The notes beneath the pieces were generated by a model that was not told where the DNA came from, searched no databases, and was given only the letters and a program-made list of their open reading frames with translations. A stretch of DNA of 64,000 bases from Ostreococcus lucimarinus (Eukaryota): the NCBI GenBank assembly GCA_000092065.1, contig CP000585.1. The stretch is one strand, 5' to 3'. Shown one piece after another: positions 56,328 through 64,000 of the stretch (the stretch's first letter is position 1; the number at the start of each line of letters is the position of its first letter). Made by a program: the position numbers and the translations under genes.

Positions 56328-57650
56328 ATGGCGTCGCGCGCGTCGATCGCGTCGCGCGCGACGCCGGTTCCGCGCGCGCGCATCGCGCGGACGCGCGGAC
56401 GCGCGGGCGCGCGCGGAGGCGACGCGACGCGCGCGACGCGACGCGACGACGACGACGACGCGCGTCCGCCTCAACCGTCGACGCCATCGACGACGCGACG
56501 ACGCGCGCTGGCGCTGGCGCTCGCGTCCGCGACGACGCCCGCGATGGACGCGCGCGCGGCGAACGTGCCGACGCCCGCGATCGCGTCGAGCGGCGCGCTG
56601 GGCGCGCTGGAGTCGCAATTCATCGACGTCTTCGGACGCGCCGAACGCGCGGCGGTGAACGTCGTCGACCTCACGGTGCTGAATCAGAGTGGGAATCAGA
56701 GCGCGTTCGCGGGAGCGATCGTGGCCGAAGGGAACGGCACGGGAGTGGTGTGGGACGACGAAGGACACGTGGTGACGAATTATCACGTGCTGGGAGGCGT
56801 GCTCGCGAGCGCGCCGAAGGGGCGGAAGCTCGGCGAGGTGGCCAAGGTGACGATACAGACGAATGAGGGGAGTCGGACGTTCGCGGCGACGCTCGTGGGG
56901 GCGTCGAAGGAGAAAGATTTGGTGGTGATTAAGGTGGACGCGCCGAAGGAGTTGCTGAAGCCGGCGGTGGTGTCGTCGTCGTCGGAGGGCGTGCGCGTCG
57001 GGCAGGCGGTGTTCGCCATCGGTAACCCGTTCGGGTTCGATCACACGCTCACCACGGGCGTCGTGAGCGGGCTCAATCGAAGCATTCAGTCGCAGGTCGG
57101 GAGCTTGATCACCGGGGCGATCCAAACCGACGCGGCGATCAATCCTGGGAACAGTGGCGGACCGCTTTTGGATTCGCGCGGACAACTCATCGGCATCAAC
57201 ACCGCCATTTTCACCCCCACGGGGACGTCCGCGGGCGTCGGATTCGCGATTCCGATCGACACCGTCAATGCCGTCGTGCCGCAGCTCATCGCGAACGGCG
57301 AGGTGGTGTTCCCATCGTTGAACATTAAATTCGCCAACGCGAGCGTTGAACGCGATTTGCAAGTCCCCGTCGGTGGCGGCGCGCTCATTCAATCCTTCAT
57401 AGGCGACTCCGCGGCGTCAAAAGCGGGTTTTCTCGCCACTCGTCGAGGTATCGCCGGTATCGCACCCGGAGACGTCATCATCGCCGTCGACGGCGCGCCC
57501 TGCGGCGTCGCCGCCGACGTCGTCAGAGCCATCGAGCGCAAGCGAGTCGGCGACGACGTTCAAGTCACCGCCCTTCGCCGCGCCGCCGTGGGCGACGCCA
57601 AGCCCGAAAAGGTCACGCACACCATTCGCTTAGCCGCGGCGAACGCGTAG
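56328..57650 (+). CDS. Deg/HtrA-family serine protease (trypsin-like domain + PDZ) with a bipartite pre-sequence that includes a twin-arginine motif (thylakoid-lumen Deg1/5/8-like)
   Basis: The ATG at 56328 is the first Met upstream of the protease core. The pre-sequence is MASRASIASRATPVPRARIARTRGRAG...TTRRRALALALASATTPAMDA|RAAN, an RR motif plus a hydrophobic stretch plus AxA. The protease core has TNYHV, ...D..., and GNSGGPLLDSRGQLIGINTAIF with the catalytic Ser. A PDZ domain is GALIQSFIGDSAASKAGFL...GDVIIAVDG. The N-terminal 460 aa of the 900-aa track ORF are antisense of DUF445 and are rejected. Confidence 0.85.
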   Translation: MASRASIASRATPVPRARIARTRGRAGARGGDATRATRRDDDDDARPPQPSTPSTTRRRALALALASATTPAMDARAANVPTPAIASSGALGALESQFIDVFGRAERAAVNVVDLTVLNQSGNQSAFAGAIVAEGNGTGVVWDDEGHVVTNYHVLGGVLASAPKGRKLGEVAKVTIQTNEGSRTFAATLVGASKEKDLVVIKVDAPKELLKPAVVSSSSEGVRVGQAVFAIGNPFGFDHTLTTGVVSGLNRSIQSQVGSLITGAIQTDAAINPGNSGGPLLDSRGQLIGINTAIFTPTGTSAGVGFAIPIDTVNAVVPQLIANGEVVFPSLNIKFANASVERDLQVPVGGGALIQSFIGDSAASKAGFLATRRGIAGIAPGDVIIAVDGAPCGVAADVVRAIERKRVGDDVQVTALRRAAVGDAKPEKVTHTIRLAAANA

Positions 57651-58120
57651 TCGCCCGTTCATCGTGTAACGCACAATCCTTCGCGCGTCGTCCCGCGTCG
57701 GCTCGTCGCCAGCCGCGCCGCGCGCGTCGCCGCACATCGGCGCACTCGATCCGCGCAGACATGGGCGGCCGCCGCGCGCACCACGAAAACGGCGATCACC
57801 CCATGTGTTCGTTCGCGGCGTGCGTGCCGCCCAAGGAGTGGAGCGCCGAGCGCGTGAGGTGCGTCGCGACGCGCGCGATCGTCGCGAGATAACGACCTCG
57901 AGATATCGCTTGAGTTTCGTTCGAAACGCGCTCGCGCGACGCGCGCGCGCGACGCGGGCGGGCGACGAGGGATGCGACCGAAGCGAACGCGCGAACGCGA
58001 CTGACGAACGACGCGCGCGCGACGCACGAACGCAGGACGTGCGTGGATGAGTGCTTTGAAAAATTGCCGAAGACGTACTACAAGGTGGAACGACGCGAGT
58101 GCGGCGGATTGGCGCGGTCG

Positions 58121-59206
58121 ATGACGCACAAGGTGAAGTTTGCGAGCGGTAACTCGTATGAGCTGGCGCTGGTGAGCGATACGCTCGGGGCGGAGGAGGT
58201 TGGGAAGAAGTTTGAGGCGATTCGCGAGGAGCACGCGGACCTGCGCGAACGGTCGCTGGCGTTGAAGGCGTATTTGAAAGAGTTGAGCGGCAAGCATAAA
58301 TTTTCGTTCGTCGTGATCGACGATACGACGAAACGTGTTTTTGCCGCGGCGACGCAGTTCAGCGCGCCGTTGTCGTTCGGCCATTCGAAGGATGGGATGC
58401 TCGTTTTGTTTTGCGGCGCGGGGGGGAAGTCGGTGGCGACGCACTGGCCGCTCAACGAGCAAGAGGTGACCCAATGCGCGCAGCACGGCGAGGCGGCGCG
58501 ACGTCGAAGCATTGATGTGAGAGATCGTCCACCCGCGAACGCGGCCGGCGGCAGTAGGCGAAGCGTGGACGGCGGTAGGCGAAGCGTGGACGGCGGCAGG
58601 CGAAGCGTGGACGGCGGTCGCCGCAGCATCGACGAAAAAGCAGTCTTCACGTCTGAAGTCGGCTGGGTCGATCCGGGCGCCACCGTGCCAGTGGATTTCA
58701 CTCACAACAGGATCGTGCTCACGCATCTCCCAGTCGGGCGCTTCGTGTACGGGCACGGGTACCTACAGCCGTACGAGTTCACCTCGTTTTGGAGCAGCGC
58801 CCAGAGCAACCGCGCCGGCGTGCCCGAGCGGGCGTTCCACAGCGGCAATGACTGGTCAAAGGAGTCGCCCAACAGCAGCCGAAGAAGTAGTTTCGACGTC
58901 AACAGCGCCGACGGCGCGCCTCGACGTTCCAGCATCGACGAACGTCATCGCAAATGGGAAAGCACCAATTCAAAGTGCGACACCGAGGCGAGTTGGAAAA
59001 AACCCGCCGCAGAAGCGAAGCGCCCGCTCCCACCGCGTTCGCCGATAAAAAGCCAAGAACCCATCGTGCCTTCGCTCGAGAAATTATCCGTCAAGGACGG
59101 CGAGAAGAAAAAGAGCTCGCTCGGGTCAAAAATCCGTCGAAACCTGTCTGTCGAAAGTCTCAAAAAAGCCTTCGGCGTCGCGGGCAAGAAATCCGAAGAC
59201 GCGTGA
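58121..59206 (+). CDS. Hypothetical Ser/Arg/Lys-rich protein containing a 4x tandem heptapeptide repeat (GGRRSVD)
   Basis: The track start at 58043 is a GTG, and the first in-frame ATG is at 58121 (MTHKVKFASGN...). The composition is protein-like (K, E, F, Y), unlike the antisense ORF at 57659..58756. No family recognised. Confidence 0.4.
   Translation: MTHKVKFASGNSYELALVSDTLGAEEVGKKFEAIREEHADLRERSLALKAYLKELSGKHKFSFVVIDDTTKRVFAAATQFSAPLSFGHSKDGMLVLFCGAGGKSVATHWPLNEQEVTQCAQHGEAARRRSIDVRDRPPANAAGGSRRSVDGGRRSVDGGRRSVDGGRRSIDEKAVFTSEVGWVDPGATVPVDFTHNRIVLTHLPVGRFVYGHGYLQPYEFTSFWSSAQSNRAGVPERAFHSGNDWSKESPNSSRRSSFDVNSADGAPRRSSIDERHRKWESTNSKCDTEASWKKPAAEAKRPLPPRSPIKSQEPIVPSLEKLSVKDGEKKKSSLGSKIRRNLSVESLKKAFGVAGKKSEDA
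58553..58636 (+). repeat. 21-bp tandem repeat x4 (GGYAGKCGAAGCGTGGACGGC-like) encoding GGRRSVD x4
   Basis: The run ggcagtaggcgaagcgtggacggcggtaggcgaagcgtggacggcggcaggcgaagcgtggacggcggtcgccgcagcatcgac is visible. Confidence 0.85.
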
Positions 59207-59463
59207 CGCGAACGACCAGATATTCCGCCCCGCGCTCGCCTCGCGCCATTGTATTCTTAAACGCCACCCCATCCGCCTCGCCACTCGCCTCGCCGCTCAC
59301 ATTCCAGCATCGTCGCGTCGTGATACGCGAGGGTGTTAACCACCTCAATCAATCCAGTCATCCCGCGCGACCGCACACGCGCGCGTTTCGTCCGCGTCGA
59401 GCCGTGCGCATCGCGTGCGACACCGATCGACGCGTTTCGTCGAGCGGCGTCGCCGGACGCGTC

Positions 59464-59529
59464 ATGGGCGCCGAACCGACGGCGCGATCGGTCGTCACGA
59501 CCGCGAGCGGTCGGTTGACGACGGTGAAA

Positions 59530-59560
<31 letters not shown>

Positions 59561-62500
59561 TGAAAACGGCGCAGGGCGATGGCGAGAGCCCGTCGAGCGT
59601 GGCGTCGCCGTCGTCGTTCGGACTCGACTACCTGTTCGGTGTTTTTCGCGGAGGCTCGACGGCGAGCGAGGACGCGCCGGACGCGCCGGACGCGGACGCC
59701 GAGCCGAGGGACGACGACGCGAAGGCGGATGGCGTTCACGCGAAGGTCGGCACGGTGGTGCGAAGGTTTCAGGATGTTTACGATCAAGCGGAGGTGCGGA
59801 TGAGCGCGGCGCAGATGGTGTTTGAACGCGCGGCGACGGAGGCGACGACGGCGCAAGAACGCGCGGCGGCGGCGAAGAAGAGCGGACTGCCCGGAGCAGC
59901 GCAAGTCGCGGATGCAGTGCTGAAGCAAGCGAATATGAAACTGGAGCGCGCGTCTGTTGACTTTCAAGAGGCGGAGAAGGAGCTCAAGAGAGCAGCGGCG
60001 ACGAAGCGCGACGCGGAGGTGGAGCTCGCGGCGAGCGACAAGGCGCGGCGAGCGCGCGAGCGTTTGTTCGAGGGCAAAGGAAGAAAGGGAGGTTACGATG
60101 CAGACGTGGATGTCGAGGCGAAAAAGCTTGCCGCGGTGATTAAGCTCCAGCGTGCTTGGCGCCGATACGCGGAGCGGAAGCGAGCGAAACATCCGGATGC
60201 AATCGCGAGGACCATCGTTCGGCGTATTTTCTCTCGCGAAAGCGCCTTCGCAATTCTCGTCGCCTTTCTCGTTTTCTCCGGGTCGTTGTTCGCTGACGAC
60301 GCCGTGGGCGTTGGACAAAAAGGAGTTGGGATGATGGAAGCGATCCGCACGTTCTCGGCGCTCGATCACGGCTATCTGGCCCGCGGCGTCACCTCTGGCA
60401 CGGTCATGGCTGAGCTCACCGTGTTGCGAACGCGGCATGAAAATCTTCTCAGCGATGTCGACGAATGCGAGGCATCTCTAGACGCCCTGCGTCGTGGTGA
60501 GAGCGATGGCTGGGGAGGCGCTATGAAATCACCGCTCGCGGGCTCGTGCAGTTACAAACTACGAGAGGCCGAAAAAGAGTTGGCACGCCTGAAAAAGAAC
60601 AGCGAAGTCGACTCTGCGATCGCTGTGGATAAGCAAATCCGGCTTCTTCGCGCTGAGCTCACGCTTTCGAGACAACAATTCGAGCACCAGAAGTTCAAAC
60701 ACGAAGAGGATGTTGCGTATTTAACCGCCGTTCACGAGGCCGAGAACGAAAAGCTCATGGCGCACGCACAGGCAAACATCATGGACGCAAAGCACGAGGG
60801 AGCGCGATGGTTGCGTAAATCCCAACTCGAGCTCGAAGACGCGCAGATGGAGGTTTCTACGCTGCAAGATCGAGTGCTGGTCTATGAAAGAGAGCTTCGA
60901 GGTGATCCTTCCAGTTCAACGAACTTGCTCAAACAACACGACGCGCTAGTCAAGAAGCTCAAGAAGAAGCACGCCGCCGCCATTCAAGCGCTCGATTCGG
61001 ACTTCCGCGCCAAGCTGTCCGAAAGTAAAGCTGAAAACGTCAAATTTAAGAATCGCGATATCGACAGTCTTGAAAAGCTCAAGGAGAAACATGCGATCGT
61101 GCAGCGAAGCCTTGAGGAGACGATCAAACTTGCGAATGAACATGCGAATGCTGCAAAGGATCAAGTGTGCAAATCAAAGAAATCAAGCACCTTGACTTTC
61201 CTCGTCTACCCGCTCATCGCCGCTGTAGGTCTCCTGTTGGGTGTCGTAGCGAATTCAAACCACCAAACCGTCTCGAGTACGTCGAAATCAAAAGAACCTA
61301 CCGTGGAACCAGTTGTAGGCGTGCCAGTGTGCAAGCGATGCGAAGCCGCCGAAGCGCGGAGTAAGCAAATGCAGACAAGATGCGAATTCGCGGAAGACGC
61401 TAGTGCGAATCTTCGAAAAGAAATCAAGACACTTCAGGAGGACAACGCACGTGTGACCAAACGTTTGTCGCAACGCGTTGTTGTCAAGACCTCGAAGCTT
61501 GAGGGTAGTGAAGCACGAGAGCACGCCGAAGACGAGCACGGGCTCGAACAAGAGAACATTAAACTCACGACTCGAGTACACGAAGCGCAAGCGCGAGCGT
61601 TAGAGCTTACCGAGCAGAAAGAAATGTTGACGGTACGCGTTAACACAATTCAAAAGAAGTTGATTGAAGAGGGTGGGGTCATCAAAGAGCTTTCAGACAA
61701 ACTCGTTCACTCCGAGAAGGAGAATTTTGAGCTTCGACAAGTGGTTGAAGAATCTCGCGCGGACACGGCATCAGCAGAAAAGCGAATGGCCGATCTTATC
61801 AACTCACTCGATAGCACTGGTAAAGAGCGAGGTGGCCTGCAAAACGAGCTCGAGAGTGCAAACAAAAGGCTCAAAGACGCCGCGGCGCAACTCACCAAAT
61901 CCTCGGCGGCAGCGAAACAAAAGGATGAAAAAATTGAGACACTTCTTTCATCGAAGGAAGACGTCGAGAAGCAGCTCACGTTGGTCGCAGAAGATTTGGC
62001 TATTTTCAAAGAGCGATACGCCGCCGGTGAGCGCACCAAAGCGCAGCTCGAGGCGCATAATGCTGATTTGCAAGCACAACTGCGCAGATCAAAGTCGATG
62101 CACGAAACTCAAATTACGCAGCTTCAACAGCGACTCAGCGAAATTGATTCTGATCGCGAAGGCTTGAATAATGAGCAGGAGCGTCTCCTTGAAGAAGTCG
62201 TGTCCAAGCAAGAGGAAGTGGATCAACTGATGGCGCAAGTCATTAAGCTCCAAGACAGCGACGAGGCGTTGGGTGATGAGCTCGCTGATTTGATCAAGAT
62301 CAACGAATCCATGCGAGAACGATTGGAAATGCAAGAAGAGCTCCTCGCGCAGTCGCGCGAAAAGGATTTGGTCATCGTCGAGCACGAGTCTAACTTGGAT
62401 GCCCTGAATTCGCGATATGAAAAGACAAAGTCCAAGTTGAAGGCGTGTGAAATTTCGCGTGACGAAGGAGTTACTCAGCTTCGCAACCGCGATACTCGCA

Positions 62501-63918
62501 TCGAATTTTTGGAGGAGGAGCTGGCGTCAATTCGAGAGCTGCAAGGAGCCAATAGCGCGCGTCTTTCTGATCAGCTCAAACGTCTGGGTGAACTCGAAAT
62601 GGACGCTGGACGAAAGAAAGCGGCGAAGGAAGCGGCGGAATTGAAACTTGAGCAATCAGAGGCTGCGGCGAGAAAGACTGTGGCGCATTTGGAAGAAGAA
62701 ATTTCCAACTTACAAAACCAGCTCGCGAGCGAAAGGACGGCCGCAGAAATTTCGAGAGCGTCTGGTGACGTGAACGCTGCGAGACTTCGTCAAGAGACGC
62801 GCCAGCTGCAGGAGAAGATTGACGCGTTGAACGCTTGCGAAAGCGAAAAGGCGCAAATGAGTCAAGAGATCGCGCGACTTGAACAAGAGATGGAAGAGCT
62901 ACGCAGCCGGTTGGCTGAGCTTTTAGCGGAGTTAAGCGATATGAAACGAACTGGACAAGCTACTTCGCCCCTTGAAGTCGTGCAAGTCGAAGAAGAACGT
63001 CAAACGTTGGTGTACGACGAAGCCGCGGATATGCTACGAGGATTGAAACGAGTCTCCTTATTCAATCTCCTGTACTCTGTGTCTTTTGCCAAGGTTAGGG
63101 ATCAACGACAGTGGAATTCGTTGACGCTCAGTGCTTTATCTACTGCCGTGCGTCCGATCCCAACGCCACGGAAGCGCGACGCTGCGTATTACGCAAAGAA
63201 GCGCTGCGCCCGCGTTTTGGTTCACTTGGCGACGACGCCGGCTCATCACAACATTCCCCGCTCCGGCTGGCTCGAACACGAACAAGGGTCGATGTCGAAA
63301 GCGGTTGGCTGGCACGATGCCGAGGACGTATGGACATGGGCGACGCGCGCGCTCGCCGCAATTTCTCGCGTCTTCCAAGGACCAAATGCGCATCAAATGT
63401 ACCAACTCGGCGGCTTGCAAACCGCTTTGGAGTTGATGCGTCACGCCGAGTCGGCCGTAGATATTCAGCTTCACGGAGCAAGATCAATCAGCGGATTGAT
63501 ATCTGGCGAGCTTGCGTTTTTCGGCCGCGACGCTCCTCAAATTGTCAGCGGCAGCGCGCTCGAGACGCTCGCGGTGACCCTGCGCACGTTCCCACTCGAC
63601 GTTCGAGTCGTTCGTGCAGCCGCCCGCGCAGTGTGGGTGTGCATCCACCTCGGTGGTCAATTCGGACAGCACACCTTTGTGCAACAACAAGTCTACGAAC
63701 CGCTCATGTTCGCCATGAACTGTCACCTTGGGGATTTGAAAGTCGTGGAATCGTGCTGCGGCGCCGTCCTCGCGGCAGCGTCAGCCAATCCTGACACCCA
63801 ACAGAAACTTGCGGACTCGGGTGTTCGTGATGTCGTCCGCGACACGTTACAAACTATCAGCGAAGTGTCGTTCAGTGGCGCGTTTACCGACCTCAGTGAT
63901 TGGCTTTTCGAAGCGTAG
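59464..63918 (+). CDS. Second giant coiled-coil protein (about 1,480-1,650 aa): basic N-terminus, poly-Thr tract, IQ-like motif, one transmembrane segment, long coiled coil, C-terminal armadillo/HEAT-like region
   Basis: One ORF spans 58954..63918. The ATG at 58954 overlaps the upstream gene in another frame, so an in-frame ATG at 59464 (MGAEPTARSV) is preferred. The IQ-like motif is AAVIKLQRAWRRYAERKRAKH. The TM segment is LTFLVYPLIAAVGLLLGVVANS. Coiled-coil sequence is extensive (EEL..., LQ...). The C-terminal 270 aa are non-coiled and helical-repeat-like. Confidence 0.6.
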
Positions 63919-64000
63919 CCGCGCTTTCGTGTAACACTGCGTTTTCTAAAACTTTTACACTTCAACACTCTCCGACACGAGCTTCATAGATCGGCGCTCG

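Noticed and set aside
54867-57650. The 841-aa (minus) and 900-aa (plus) mutually antisense track ORFs as two overlapping 2.5-kb genes
   Set aside because: Only the 3' 460 codons of the minus ORF (DUF445) and the 3' 440 codons of the plus ORF (Deg) have protein-like sequence. The remainder of each is the Arg/His-rich reverse complement of the other's real coding region.
57659-58756. 365-aa minus-strand ORF antisense to the GGRRSVD-repeat gene
   Set aside because: It is Arg/His/Leu-rich with poly-R, and less protein-like than the plus-strand reading. Neither reading has homology, so this rejection is tentative.
58954-59463. The ATG at 58954 as the start of the second giant gene, giving a 250-nt overlap with the upstream gene
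   Set aside because: It is possible but less parsimonious. The region is basic, low complexity and out of frame with a protein-like upstream ORF. The in-frame ATG at 59464 is preferred, with the alternative kept in the feature note.
59257-60438. 393-aa minus-strand ORF antisense to the 5' part of the second giant gene
   Set aside because: Arg-rich (RRRRRRR) low-complexity antisense artefact.
1-64000. Interpretation as a prokaryotic operon-rich locus, given that ORFs are long, intron-poor and tightly packed, with some 4-bp overlaps
   Set aside because: The locus has GT-AG introns restoring conserved motifs. It encodes eukaryote-only proteins (USO1, PIG-T, NMT, UCH37, PEX5, DYRK, E2s), carries N-terminal transit peptides, and has TGTAA poly(A)-type signals. 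Many track starts are also non-ATG.

Overview
This window is a GC-rich (about 65% GC), extremely compact eukaryotic nuclear segment, not a prokaryotic locus. It carries about 30 protein-coding genes on both strands. Intergenic gaps are often below 200 bp. Divergent start codons lie as little as 75 bp apart, convergent stop codons 37 bp apart, and one stop and start codon overlap in an ATGA.

Most genes are intronless single ORFs, but at least four contain short GC-rich 5'-proximal spliceosomal introns that the six-frame track hides. These are DNAJC17, UBE2N/Ubc13, UBE2K and PEX5, with a fifth candidate. Many 'M' residues in the track are non-ATG (TTG/GTG) codons, so I re-derived starts at real ATGs.

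Gene content is housekeeping plus plant or plastid type:
- Trafficking and lipid modification: USO1/p115, PIG-T, NMT, Lsg1, PDI, a nucleotide-sugar transporter and TMEM184.
- Kinases: DYRK, a Raf-like kinase and an ACT-domain kinase.
- Ubiquitin system: UCH37 and two E2 enzymes.
- Plant-like PEX5.
- Plastid or plant-type proteins: plastoglobule methyltransferase, GC1/SulA-like SDR39U1, HisN/IMPL2, a Shewanella-like phosphatase, a Deg protease with a twin-arginine lumenal signal, and a DprA-like protein.

Together with TGTAA polyadenylation signals, this points to a green alga of prasinophyte or Mamiellophyceae type, which I cannot confirm without a database search.

The most unusual content is two giant coiled-coil genes. 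One encodes about 4,060 aa, carries three near-identical intragenic tandem duplications, and has at least 11 copies of a recurring Trp-containing module that I do not recognise. There is also a multi-domain protein with a thrombospondin type 1 repeat. I found no rRNA, tRNA, CRISPR arrays or mobile elements.
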